Notes: generated by a model not told the origin, from the sequence alone. A stretch of 32,000 nt of DNA from Candidatus Nanopusillus acidilobi (GCA_001552015.1 CP010514.1:300001-332000); one strand, 5' to 3'. Positions 1 through 9,600 are shown, counted from the stretch's first letter. A program made the numbers and translations.

Positions 1-48
1 TAAAAAATAATGTTATTAATATAAAAATTTCTCTTAAATAAAAAACAA

Positions 49-1353
49 TTATGTATTTAATTTTACTATTTCCTCAAATATTTTATTAACATCTATACTT
101 TTGTCATAAGAATCTATCACAACTCTATATAATGGTTCTGTTTCTGAATATCTTACCAATATTCTTAAGTTATCCTTTAATAATTCTATACCATCTAAAT
201 CTCCATTTAAATCATTTAATATAAATCCATTATTCTTTCCATATTCTTTTACTTTATCAATTAAATTTGGATTATTTCTTGGTATATCTTTCTCTAACCA
301 TGTAAATTCTGGAATATTTAAATTATTTATATCTATACCCTTTTTCATATATTTTAATAACATCAATGCGCCGAATAATGCATCATCAATATAATCATTT
401 TCAGCAAAATAAATATGACCAGTATATTCAATACATAAATATGCTCTATTTTGTTGACCTGCAAATTTAATAAATGTATGGCCAGGTCTTTTTATAATTA
501 CTTTTCCTCCTTTTTCTTCAACCAATTTTCTTAAATAAATTGGTAATGAAATTTCTAATACATATGTTCTGTCTTTTTTAATAAAAGGTATTAAATATTT
601 ATCCATTCTAATTCTATTTCCATATTTATCTACTACACCCAATCTATCCCCATCGCCATCAAACATAAATCCAATATCTAAATCCTTTCTATTTCTCATT
701 AATTCTTGTAAAGATTTAATATTTTCATCTTTTGAAGGGTCGGGATTATGCCCTGGAAAAGTTCCATCCATATTATCATTAATTGCTATAACTTCATTTC
801 CTAAATCTGTTAATACATCTTTCATTAAAGTCAATACAGAATTTGAAGGATCATAACCAACTTTAAATCCACTCACTCCCTTAAATTTCTCTTTTAGATG
901 TTTTTTATAAATATCTCTTGCTTCTTCAATAACTTCTAGCATTCCTTCTTTTTGTGTTGGCCTTATATCTTCATATGTTAATTTTTCAATTTTATCGATT
1001 TCTTCTTTTGGTAGATCATTTCCATTACTATTAATTGGTTTTATCCCGTTATATTGCAAAGAATTATGAGATGCAGTTATCATTAATACTGGAATATTAT
1101 ACACTTTTGCCAAATAATGTGCTTCTGGTGTAGATCCAATTCCAAAATCTAATACATCATGTGTATAAACTAATGTTTCTACTAAAATATCTCTTATTCT
1201 TGGAGAAGATAATCTTATATCTCTTACAATTCCTATTGATTCATAGTTATTAAAATATCTTCCCAATGCATATCCAATTTTGTATAATAGTTCATCTGTT
1301 AGTTCTTGTCCATAAACGCCTCTGATATCATATAATTTAAATACTCCACTCAT
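49..1353 (-). CDS. Phosphomannomutase/phosphoglucomutase family protein
   Basis: Motifs KLYDIRGVYG, TASHNSLQYNG (phosphoserine loop), FDGDGDRLG (metal loop), EYTGH (sugar-binding loop). ORF track opens at 1392, but the internal ATG at 1353 (MSGVFKLYDIRG) fits the family start and has a TTTAAATAT box about 25 nt upstream. Confidence 0.88.
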   Translation of the reverse strand: MSGVFKLYDIRGVYGQELTDELLYKIGYALGRYFNNYESIGIVRDIRLSSPRIRDILVETLVYTHDVLDFGIGSTPEAHYLAKVYNIPVLMITASHNSLQYNGIKPINSNGNDLPKEEIDKIEKLTYEDIRPTQKEGMLEVIEEARDIYKKHLKEKFKGVSGFKVGYDPSNSVLTLMKDVLTDLGNEVIAINDNMDGTFPGHNPDPSKDENIKSLQELMRNRKDLDIGFMFDGDGDRLGVVDKYGNRIRMDKYLIPFIKKDRTYVLEISLPIYLRKLVEEKGGKVIIKRPGHTFIKFAGQQNRAYLCIEYTGHIYFAENDYIDDALFGALMLLKYMKKGIDINNLNIPEFTWLEKDIPRNNPNLIDKVKEYGKNNGFILNDLNGDLDGIELLKDNLRILVRYSETEPLYRVVIDSYDKSIDVNKIFEEIVKLNT

Positions 1354-1487
1354 GATTAACTTTAAATCTTTGATATTTAAATATCTTATCAAACATATGA
1401 ATTTATGATAATATATTAAAGGTTAAATAAATATTTTTCATTTTTTGTAATTAAAGGTTTCAAAATCTTAATTTTTATATATCTTTT

Positions 1488-2819
1488 ATGAAGAAAACAA
1501 AAATTGTTGCTACAATAGGTCCAAGTAGTATAGATAAGATAAAAGAATTAGATAAATATGTAGATGTATATAGGATAAATTTTTCACATGGAGATAAGAA
1601 GAGTCATGAAGAATATTTTAAAATAATTAGAGAAAATAGCGAAAAGCCCATATTAGTAGATTTACCAGGACCAAAGCTAAGGATAGGAAATCTAAAAGAA
1701 AAAATATTATTAAAACCAAGAGATAAAATAATATTTTCTCAAGATGATGGTATTCCAGTAGAGGATCCATTATTTTATAAGGTAGTTAAAGAAAATACTG
1801 ACATATATTTAGATGATGGAAATATAAAAGTTCATATAGATAAAGTAAATAATAATAAGGTAGAAGGAACTGTTCTAACTGGAGGAATATTAACATCTAG
1901 AAAAGGAATAAATATTCCAGATCTAAATTTAGATACTGGAGTAACCCAAAGAGATTTAGAACTATTAAAAGAAGCTTTAGATTTGGGTGCAGATTTTATA
2001 GGAGTATCTTTTGTTTTATCAAAAGAAGATATAATAAAAGTTAAAGAAATAGTAAAAGATAAAGCCTGGGTGATTGCTAAAATAGAAACTAAAAAAGCTT
2101 TAGATGACTTGGAAAACATAATTAAAGTATCTGATGGTGTAATGGTAGCAAGAGGAGATTTGGGAGTAGATATAGGATTTTCAAATTTAATATTTGCACA
2201 AAAAAGAATAATTAAAACATCAAGATTATATGGAAAGCCTGTTATACTGGCTACACAAGTATTAGAATCTATGGTAAATAATTCAATACCAACTAGAGCT
2301 GAAGTAATAGATGCTTCTGTATCTGTATTAGAAGGTGTAGATGCTATAATGTTAAGTGATGAAACAGCAATAGGTAATTATCCAATAGATTCTGTAAAAG
2401 TATTAGAAGAAATAATATTAAATGTAGAAAAAGAAGTAAAGCCAGAATTGTTACCTCCGAATAATATTAATGATTCTATAGCAGTAGGTGCAGTAAGTAC
2501 TTCGGAATTTGATAATGATATAAAACTAATTGTTGCGCATAGTAGAACTGGAAATTCCATAATAAGAGTTTCAAGATTAAGACCAAAACAAATTATAATA
2601 GGAATTACACCAAATAAGGAATTATATAGGAAATTATACTTATTATATGGAGTATATCCTGAACTAGAAAGTGTAGAAATTAAAGATATACTTGATATAA
2701 TAAATAATTCCAAATTAATAGCTAAGAAATATATTAATAATGGATATATATTAATATTAGGTGGAGATCCTAAATCAGAAATCGGAAGAACGGATTTTAT
2801 AAAAATAGAAAAAATATAA
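1488..2819 (+). CDS. pyk: Pyruvate kinase
   Basis: TKIVATIGPSS, RINFSHG, KPILVDLPGPKLRIG, WVIAKIETKKAL, GVMVARGDLGVD, PVILATQVLESM, DAIMLSDETAIGNYP motifs over 443 aa. Confidence 0.96.
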   Translation: MKKTKIVATIGPSSIDKIKELDKYVDVYRINFSHGDKKSHEEYFKIIRENSEKPILVDLPGPKLRIGNLKEKILLKPRDKIIFSQDDGIPVEDPLFYKVVKENTDIYLDDGNIKVHIDKVNNNKVEGTVLTGGILTSRKGINIPDLNLDTGVTQRDLELLKEALDLGADFIGVSFVLSKEDIIKVKEIVKDKAWVIAKIETKKALDDLENIIKVSDGVMVARGDLGVDIGFSNLIFAQKRIIKTSRLYGKPVILATQVLESMVNNSIPTRAEVIDASVSVLEGVDAIMLSDETAIGNYPIDSVKVLEEIILNVEKEVKPELLPPNNINDSIAVGAVSTSEFDNDIKLIVAHSRTGNSIIRVSRLRPKQIIIGITPNKELYRKLYLLYGVYPELESVEIKDILDIINNSKLIAKKYINNGYILILGGDPKSEIGRTDFIKIEKI

Positions 2820-2899
2820 CATACACAAATTTTTTATTAACAAAATTATAAAAAACAAAATATTTAATATGAATTTTGGGATATAATCTATAAAAGTTA

Positions 2900-2920
2900 A
2901 AATTTTTTAATATATATTAT
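2900..2920 (+). promoter_or_regulatory. Putative TATA-like element upstream of tRNA-Tyr
   Basis: TTTTTTAATATATATTA centred about 28 nt upstream of the mature tRNA 5' end; the AT-rich background makes this weak. Confidence 0.35.
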
Positions 2921-2940
2921 CTTATTAATTATAATAAATA

Positions 2941-3035
2941 CCGGGCGTAGCTCAGCCCTGGTAGAGCGGCCGGCTGTAGTGGTTAAATTGGCCGCAGAGA
3001 CCGGCAGGTCGTGGGTTCAAGTCCCACCGCCCGGA
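2941..3035 (+). tRNA. tRNA-Tyr (anticodon GUA) containing a 20-nt intron at position 37/38 (intron 2980-2999)
   Basis: Acceptor CCGGGCG (2941-2947)/CGCCCGG (3028-3034), C1:G72 with A73 as in archaeal tRNA-Tyr. D stem GCTC/GAGC, anticodon stem GCCGG/CCGGC with loop CUGUAG^A, T arm GTGGG-TTCAAGT-CCCAC. Intron folds as BHB: central helix CUGU/GCAG, bulges AGU and AGA, inner helix GGUU/GGCC. CCA is not encoded. Confidence 0.96.
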
Positions 3036-3053
3036 CTTTTATTTTTATTTTTT
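3036..3053 (+). terminator. Oligo-T archaeal-type terminator after tRNA-Tyr
   Basis: Runs of T (CTTTTATTTTTATTTTTT) immediately downstream of the tRNA. Confidence 0.55.
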
Positions 3054-3064
3054 AACAATTATAT

Positions 3065-3847
3065 ATGAGAAAATTATTATTAATTCCATCAACATTTACT
3101 GGAGAAAAAAGAGATCAAAAGATTAGAATATTTTTAATATCACAATTAGCAAGAGCAATTGTAAATTTTGGGATAAATGAAGTAGGAATATATTATGATG
3201 ATGATCCAAAATTTAATTCACATGGTTTGGGAAGATTTATTTTAAAAGTATTAAAATATTTAAATACCCCACCATATATTAGAAAAATTGCATTTCCGAT
3301 TGATAAAGAATTAAAATATATTGGTTCTGCTTTACCTTTAAATGTATACTATCATAAAGATAGAACAAGATATGAATATGTTTATATATTAAAAAGAGAA
3401 AAAGATAAATTTTATGTAACAAATGGAGAAGAAAAATTTTATGCAAATGTAAATAAAAAATATAGAAAAACAAATATATTAATTTATGATAAAGTAAATA
3501 AGAAATTATTGTATCCATATGAAACAGAATTTTATTTTGGTTATGAAGTATTTTATTATAATAAAACTTTAGAAGAATTAATTAAAAAATTAAAAGAAGA
3601 AAATTTTTATTTAATAGCAACATCTAGATATGGAGAAGATATAAAAAATATAAAGATTGAGAAAAGGGATAAAATTGCAATTGCTTTTGGATCTTTTGCA
3701 AGAGGTATTGAAGATATGATAAAAAATTGGAAAGAAAAATTTGATATATCAATAAATATATGCCCAGACCAAAAATTAGAAACCATTAGAACTGAAGAAG
3801 CTGTATATTATACTTTATCATTATTACATTATAAGGAAATTATATGA
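3065..3847 (+). CDS. SPOUT-family putative RNA methyltransferase (Methyltrn_RNA_3/SPOUT1-like)
   Basis: N-terminal LLLIPST...QLARAIVNFGINEVGIYYDD, LKYLNTPPYIRKIAFPIDKELKYIGSALPLNVYYH; C-terminal AFGSFARGIEDMI...TIRTEEAVYYTLSLLHY resemble this archaeal/eukaryotic family. Confidence 0.82.
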   Translation: MRKLLLIPSTFTGEKRDQKIRIFLISQLARAIVNFGINEVGIYYDDDPKFNSHGLGRFILKVLKYLNTPPYIRKIAFPIDKELKYIGSALPLNVYYHKDRTRYEYVYILKREKDKFYVTNGEEKFYANVNKKYRKTNILIYDKVNKKLLYPYETEFYFGYEVFYYNKTLEELIKKLKEENFYLIATSRYGEDIKNIKIEKRDKIAIAFGSFARGIEDMIKNWKEKFDISINICPDQKLETIRTEEAVYYTLSLLHYKEII

Positions 3848-3905
3848 ATTATCAGTTTTTGATAGTTATAATTCTTTATAAATTATAATAAACTTATTTT
3901 AAAAT

Positions 3906-4490
3906 ATGTTATCAGAAGGCTTTGAATTATTAGAAAAATATGGAATAAAGATTCCTAAATATTGGGTAAATGAAGTACCGTTGCATTCAAATTTTCCATT
4001 AGTAATAAAGGCAGACTTAAATCATAAAACAGATTTGGGTGCAGTAAAATTAAATATACAAAATTATAGTGAACTAAAAAAATATTATGAAGAATTTAAG
4101 AAAAAATTTAATACAGATATAATTATACAAGAACAAGTAATTGGAGAATTTAATGAAGTAATAATTGGAATAAAGTATGATAAAATATTTGGAGATATAT
4201 GCTTAATAGGGATTGGCGGAATATATACAGAATTATTAAAAGATTTTATTATTCTATCTTTACCTTTTGATATAAATATTTTAGAAAGAAGATTAAGAGA
4301 TTTAAAATTATATCCAATGTTAAATGGATTTAGAAATAGACCAAAAGTAAATATTAATTTATTATATGAAAATATAATGAAATTATATGAATTATACAAA
4401 AAAGAAAGATTGTTAGAAATTGAAATCAATCCTTTATTAATTAATGAAAAAGAATCATATGCTGTAGATATAAGATTTGTAAAGCAATAA
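3906..4490 (+). CDS. ATP-grasp protein resembling ADP-forming acetate/acyl-CoA synthetase beta subunit
   Basis: LLEKYGIKIPKYW, PLVIKADLNHKTDLGAVKLNI, IIIQEQVIG, IGIGGIYTELLKDF, LRDLKLYPMLNGFRNRPKVNI, LLEIEINPLLINEKESYAVDIRF match the ATP-grasp_5/AcdB core in order. Confidence 0.85.
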   Translation: MLSEGFELLEKYGIKIPKYWVNEVPLHSNFPLVIKADLNHKTDLGAVKLNIQNYSELKKYYEEFKKKFNTDIIIQEQVIGEFNEVIIGIKYDKIFGDICLIGIGGIYTELLKDFIILSLPFDINILERRLRDLKLYPMLNGFRNRPKVNINLLYENIMKLYELYKKERLLEIEINPLLINEKESYAVDIRFVKQ

Positions 4491-4522
4491 TTTTTATATA
4501 ATTTTTTAATTAAGATATTTTT

Positions 4523-5470
4523 ATGGTAAAACTTGGTATATATGGAACTGTTTATAATTCTGCAGATACTGTTAGAACAACAATTGAAGATTTAAAGAAA
4601 AAATTAAAATATGATTTTGTAATTTCTGTTTGTGATAATTTTTCAAAAGATGGAACATTTGAAATATTAAAAGAATATGATTTTATTGATGCATTTCAAA
4701 AAGAATCTACAAGGGGATTAGGAAGGCAATATGCGTTAGAAAATTTGATTAAGAATCATCCTGATGTAGATTATATATTTTATATAGATTTTGATGTTAT
4801 ATTTCCTGATTATTTAAATGAATTAATAAAAGGAATTATAAAGATATATAAAGAAAATACAATTATTGGTTTTGGTTCTAGTTCAGGATTTGCTTCATTA
4901 GATACTTATAAAAGAATATTAGCAAAGGTAAGATGGAGAGATATGAATGTCGCTGAAGATTTTATGTATATTATTGATATAATTCATAAAGGATTTGATT
5001 TATGCATCCTTGGATTGCCATTATCTTTTAATCAGGAAAGACCAAAAAGAGAAAGAAAATATGCAAAAGGATTAAAATATATAAATAGATTATTTAAAAT
5101 CTACTTTAAAGACTATGCTTTACATAAATTATTAGCTATTTGGATAAAATTTAATTCAATAAAAGACTATGAAAGAATTTTACATACACATCTAAAAGAT
5201 TTTTTATTACCTCCAGAACTAGATTTAGATAAAAATCTGCTATTTTTAATTATTCCATATTATCCAGGATACTTAATGAAAATGATAAAAAAATTATCAA
5301 AATATTATGATTATATATACTTATATAAAGTGAGAAGAAAAAGAAGACCAGGATATTATTTAATAATTTATTATGATTATAAAACAATTGAAAAGTATCT
5401 TATGAACTTTCTAAAATATGTTAACAAACCTTTTGATCCAAACAAAGTAATAAAAATTAATCTAAAATAG
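4523..5470 (+). CDS. GT2-family glycosyltransferase
   Basis: N-terminal GIYGTVYNSADTVRTTIEDL...ISVCDNFSKDGTFEIL and YIDFDVIFPDYL (DxD motif) typical of GT-A fold enzymes. Confidence 0.78.
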   Translation: MVKLGIYGTVYNSADTVRTTIEDLKKKLKYDFVISVCDNFSKDGTFEILKEYDFIDAFQKESTRGLGRQYALENLIKNHPDVDYIFYIDFDVIFPDYLNELIKGIIKIYKENTIIGFGSSSGFASLDTYKRILAKVRWRDMNVAEDFMYIIDIIHKGFDLCILGLPLSFNQERPKRERKYAKGLKYINRLFKIYFKDYALHKLLAIWIKFNSIKDYERILHTHLKDFLLPPELDLDKNLLFLIIPYYPGYLMKMIKKLSKYYDYIYLYKVRRKRRPGYYLIIYYDYKTIEKYLMNFLKYVNKPFDPNKVIKINLK

Positions 5471-6352
5471 CTTTAGATTATCTTTATTTTCTAATACATT
5501 TACGAAGTTTTCATTAAATTTGATTAATCCATTAACCATATCATACATTTTATTATATAATTTTACAATTCCTAAATCTTGATTATAATTATCTGGAGAG
5601 AAATCTAAATCTTTATCATATTCTTTTGTTGACCTTTCATGTAACATTAAGATTCCAGTCAATATTAATATATTTCCAAATATATTTAATGTGTCTTTAT
5701 TTTTTTCCAATTCTCTTTTAATTAAACTTCTAGCCATTCCTGCATTTAATACATTACTCGCTTTTCCACCCATTCTACTAAATAAATTCATAGCAAAATT
5801 AATTAAACTCTCAACAACCTCTTCAGACATTTGATATTTATTAACCAATTCATTAATTGAAAACAAATTATTTAAATCATTTTCATTATATCTAACAATA
5901 TTTTTTCTCTCATTTTTATCCTTTAATTTTTTTAAAAATTCGTCTACTTCTTTTTTATATTTTTCATAATCTTCTTTAAATTTTTTCTTATTTTCTTCAG
6001 ATAATAATATTTCATACATTGTAGAATTTTGATTGATTATTTTCTTTAATTTATCAAATATCTTATTTTTATTTATAAAATCCTCAAATGAATCATAATT
6101 TTTATCTTTTACATCCTTTAATTTTATCATTTGGAATAATAATACTAAACTTTTTACAGAAGAATATAATGATTGTTCTAAATAATATATTGCCAAATTA
6201 TAATTTTTCTTATTATATAAATCATACGAATCTGATAAATTTTTCTTAGCATTCTCTATTAATTCCTTTGAATATTCTATATTTTCTTGAGGTACTTTCT
6301 TAAATAAATTAAAACCAGTCATTAATTTTGCAAGATCAAATATGCCAACCAT
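5462..6352 (-). CDS. Helical protein with HEPN-like N-terminal region
   Basis: A repeated helical pattern AKKNLSDSYDLYNKKNYNLAIYYLEQSLYSSVKSLVLLF resembles HEPN domains; the rest is helical with a hydrophobic segment (IFGNILILTGILML). No RxxxxH catalytic motif recognised. Confidence 0.45.
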   Translation of the reverse strand: MVGIFDLAKLMTGFNLFKKVPQENIEYSKELIENAKKNLSDSYDLYNKKNYNLAIYYLEQSLYSSVKSLVLLFQMIKLKDVKDKNYDSFEDFINKNKIFDKLKKIINQNSTMYEILLSEENKKKFKEDYEKYKKEVDEFLKKLKDKNERKNIVRYNENDLNNLFSINELVNKYQMSEEVVESLINFAMNLFSRMGGKASNVLNAGMARSLIKRELEKNKDTLNIFGNILILTGILMLHERSTKEYDKDLDFSPDNYNQDLGIVKLYNKMYDMVNGLIKFNENFVNVLENKDNLKLF

Positions 6353-6367
6353 TATTTTAATATAACA

Positions 6368-7576
6368 TTAAGGTTTAAGAATTTCTAATAATATTTTTGC
6401 ATCATTTATTATATCATTTATATCTATATATTCATTTGGCATATGTGCACTTTCATTATATGTACTCCATACAATTGTATTCAATCCCCTTTCTCTTAAA
6501 TATTTTGCATATGTTCCTCCTCCAATTCCTACCAATCTTGGTTCATTATTTTTATATTTTTTAATTGCTTCTTTTAATTCATTTAAAAATTCATTATTAT
6601 AAATATTTTCTAATATTGATGGATAATCTTTATTTACAATTTCAATATCAATTTTGCAATTATAATTTCTTTCAAATTCTTTACATATATATTCTATTGT
6701 TTGATATACTTCATCTAAATTATAATCTGGCAATATTCTACAATCATAATAAAATATAAATTCTCCAGGTATTGTATTTACATTATCTATATTTTTTTCA
6801 ACTTTTGTTGGTTCAAATGTACTTTTAGGAGGTCTAAATAAATTATTTTCTTTATCATATTTTTCATGTAAAGAATCATATAATTGTAAAATTAACATAG
6901 ATCCTAATTTTGTTGAATTAATACCTAAATCTGGAGTACTTGCATGTGCCTGTTTTCCAATAACCTTAAATTTTATCCATAATATACTTTTCTCAGCAAC
7001 TTCAATATCCAATCCATCAGAACTTCCAGCATCAGGTATTAAAATCCAATCATCTTTTTTAAATAAATTCGACTCTTTTTCTAATATATATTTTAATCCA
7101 TATTTACTTCCGGTTTCTTCATCTGAAGCTAATATTAATCCATAATTATATTTAGGTAAAATATTATTATCCTTAAAATATTTTGCTAATAATATTCCTA
7201 AAACAATTCCATTTCCATTATCTAAAACTCCTCTTCCATATATTTTATTATCTTCAACTGTAACATTAAATGGATCATATTTCCATAGATTTAAACTTCC
7301 TTCTGGTACAGTATCAATATGTGCAATTATCCAAAATGTTTTTTCTCTATTTTTTCCATATTTTATTGCAATAATATTTGGTCTTGATTTTTCTTTTACC
7401 CTTTCATCAGGTGCCTCAATTATTTTAATTTCATCAAACAAATCTTTTACAATATTATATAATACTTTTGCTCTTTCCCATTCACCTTCACCATTATTAT
7501 CCGGTCCAATAGATTTAATTGGTATAAATTTCTTATATAAATCAATTATATAATCTTTGTATTCTTCTATATTCAT
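6368..7576 (-). CDS. M20-family metallopeptidase/deacylase
   Basis: WIIAHIDTVPEG (HxD), GRGVLDNGNGIV, LILASDEETGSKYG (catalytic EE), KVIGKQAHASTPDLG, YDCRILPD, GGGTYAKYLRERGL, EYIDINDI motifs. Confidence 0.88.
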   Translation of the reverse strand: MNIEEYKDYIIDLYKKFIPIKSIGPDNNGEGEWERAKVLYNIVKDLFDEIKIIEAPDERVKEKSRPNIIAIKYGKNREKTFWIIAHIDTVPEGSLNLWKYDPFNVTVEDNKIYGRGVLDNGNGIVLGILLAKYFKDNNILPKYNYGLILASDEETGSKYGLKYILEKESNLFKKDDWILIPDAGSSDGLDIEVAEKSILWIKFKVIGKQAHASTPDLGINSTKLGSMLILQLYDSLHEKYDKENNLFRPPKSTFEPTKVEKNIDNVNTIPGEFIFYYDCRILPDYNLDEVYQTIEYICKEFERNYNCKIDIEIVNKDYPSILENIYNNEFLNELKEAIKKYKNNEPRLVGIGGGTYAKYLRERGLNTIVWSTYNESAHMPNEYIDINDIINDAKILLEILKP

Positions 7577-7603
7577 AAATAAATAATTATTTAATATATT
7601 TAT

Positions 7604-8179
7604 ATGAGTGTTATAAATGGAGAAGATGCAAAGAAATTTGTAAAAGAATATGTAAAGGTAAATCCTGCAGGAATTGATATAAAACCTAAAAAAATATATA
7701 AAATACCTATTAAAAAGATAAAATATATATTAATTGATAAAGATAAGAGAGGATATTTCTTTGATTATAATTTAGATTATGAAGATCTATTAGAAATTGC
7801 AATTAATGAAAATAAAAGAAAAGAATTATTAGAAAATTCATTTAAAAAGATTCCTGATTCATTTATTGAAATAAAACCAAAAAATGATTATTGGATATTA
7901 AATAGAGGATTATACTATGTAGTATTTCCTGAAGTTGAAATTCCAAATGATATGATTGCAATAGCATTGCCAAGGTCTACATTTAATAGATTGGGAATAT
8001 TAAAGTTTGAAAGTGCATTATTTGATCCAGGATATAAAGGAGAATTTACTCAGACATATTATTTTCCAATTAATGCAAAAATAAATATAAATGAAGCATG
8101 GGTGCAATTAATATTTATTAAATTGGAAAAAGAATCAAAAGAAACATATAAAGGATATTGGTATGGAGAAAAATATTGA
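7604..8179 (+). CDS. dUTPase/dCTP-deaminase superfamily protein
   Basis: IALPRSTFNRLGILKFESALFDPGYKGEFTQTYYFPI...WVQLIFIKL resembles the trimeric dUTPase/Dcd fold motifs. Confidence 0.78.
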   Translation: MSVINGEDAKKFVKEYVKVNPAGIDIKPKKIYKIPIKKIKYILIDKDKRGYFFDYNLDYEDLLEIAINENKRKELLENSFKKIPDSFIEIKPKNDYWILNRGLYYVVFPEVEIPNDMIAIALPRSTFNRLGILKFESALFDPGYKGEFTQTYYFPINAKININEAWVQLIFIKLEKESKETYKGYWYGEKY

Positions 8180-8744
8180 AAAATTTAATAATTTACTATA
8201 TTTTTCTTTATTTTCTATATATTATAATTCTGTTAATCTTATTCTATATTTAATTATTTATTATAATCCATTAATATTACTTAATAAATTATATAATATT
8301 ATTTTCTTATTAATTACAATTTTCCTATTTTTAATATCAATAATAATGTATTTAAATTTTAAACGTAATTTGGCAATAATTATATTTTTATTAATTTATA
8401 TCTTAACGAATTTTCTTTTACTCTTTAGATATCCCTTTATAATATATAATATTTTCCTTTCAATAACTTCTTTTTCATATTTTCTAATTTATTATTTAAT
8501 TTACAAAGATTTATACAAAATTTTATCATTTTTTAAAATTTTAATCTTTTATAATATATTCAATATATTGAACTTCTTCTATTTTATAATTAATGTATTA
8601 AATATTTTCTTTAGAATTTTTAATATTATGCAATCTTGGGAATATATAATATTCCTTTCAATTTATTCAATAATTTTATTTATTATTTTATATAAAAATA
8701 TCTATATTTTAATAAAAAAATATTCTACTTACTATGCTTCTTAA
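8163..8744 (+). CDS. Uncharacterised multi-spanning membrane protein
   Basis: 193-aa ORF with about six hydrophobic segments; starts inside the end of the dUTPase-like gene. No family recognised. Confidence 0.5.
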   Translation: MEKNIEKFNNLLYFSLFSIYYNSVNLILYLIIYYNPLILLNKLYNIIFLLITIFLFLISIIMYLNFKRNLAIIIFLLIYILTNFLLLFRYPFIIYNIFLSITSFSYFLIYYLIYKDLYKILSFFKILIFYNIFNILNFFYFIINVLNIFFRIFNIMQSWEYIIFLSIYSIILFIILYKNIYILIKKYSTYYAS

Positions 8745-9570
8745 ATAAATCAAATATTTCTGGTGGTACTACAACTATTTTTTCATTCTGGCTATTTCTT
8801 AATATATCTAAAAACCTTAATGTTATACCATAATCACTTTCAGATAATATTTCTGCAGCTTTCTTAAAGTTCTCTGCAGCCTGTAATTCTCCTTGAGATT
8901 CAATTACTTTTGCCTGTGCCAATCCTTGTGCTTTTAATATTTCTGCATCTCTTTGTCTTTCAGCAATTGCTCTTTGGGTTAATGCAGATAATATTTCTTG
9001 AGGAACAATTAGATCCTGTATTTTTATTGCAATAATATCAACACCCCATTCTCCAATCTCTTTTTGAATTATATCTTTCAATTCATTTCCAATTTCTTCT
9101 TTTTTCTGTAATATATCATTTAAATTATATTTTCCAAATATATCCCTTAAATTTGTCTGTGCATAATTTAATATTGTCCTATTTAAATCTCTTACATTCA
9201 TTATAACTTTTCCAGGATCTACTATTCTATAAAATACTGTACTTCTTACTGTAATATTTACATTATCTGCAGTTAATAATACTTGTTCAGGTAAATCGTA
9301 ATTTATAATTCTCATATCTACTTTAATTAATTTTTGAAAACCTGGCAAAATATATATTAAACCTCCAGAAAGGACTCCTGAATAATATCCTAATGTAAAT
9401 ATTACTGCCTTTTCATAGTTATATATTATTCTTATTCCAGTTAATGTATATATTATTATTAGTACTCCAAATATTATTCCCAATATTCCAAGAAACTTTA
9501 TTAACAAAAATGACACTAATAATAGTATAAAAAATATTGCCCATTGTCTCATATTGCTATATTCTTCCAT
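8725..9570 (-). CDS. SPFH/stomatin-like (slipin) membrane protein
   Basis: N-terminal hydrophobic hairpin, GIRIIYNYEKAVIFTLGYYSG, GLIYILPGFQKLIKVDMRI, YDLPEQVLLTADNVNITVRSTVFYRIVDP, LRNLFGK-like and QALAERQRDAEILKAQGLAQAKV-like segments. Confidence 0.93.
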   Translation of the reverse strand: MEEYSNMRQWAIFFILLLVSFLLIKFLGILGIIFGVLIIIYTLTGIRIIYNYEKAVIFTLGYYSGVLSGGLIYILPGFQKLIKVDMRIINYDLPEQVLLTADNVNITVRSTVFYRIVDPGKVIMNVRDLNRTILNYAQTNLRDIFGKYNLNDILQKKEEIGNELKDIIQKEIGEWGVDIIAIKIQDLIVPQEILSALTQRAIAERQRDAEILKAQGLAQAKVIESQGELQAAENFKKAAEILSESDYGITLRFLDILRNSQNEKIVVVPPEIFDLFKKHSK

Positions 9571-9589
9571 ATCAAAAATATCTTAATTT

Positions 9590-9600
9590 TGCTTAAAAAC
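9590..9600. promoter_or_regulatory. Putative shared/bidirectional TATA element between slipin (-) and PDCD5 (+)
   Basis: GCTTAAAAAC centred about 25-27 nt from both start codons (9570 on -, 9622 on +). Confidence 0.4.

Noticed and set aside
1832-2119. Antisense ORF (95 aa) inside pyruvate kinase, and similar antisense ORFs at 2378-2713 and 3279-3518.
   Set aside because: They lie wholly opposite strongly supported genes and have low-complexity hydrophobic translations typical of the complement of AT-rich coding sequence.
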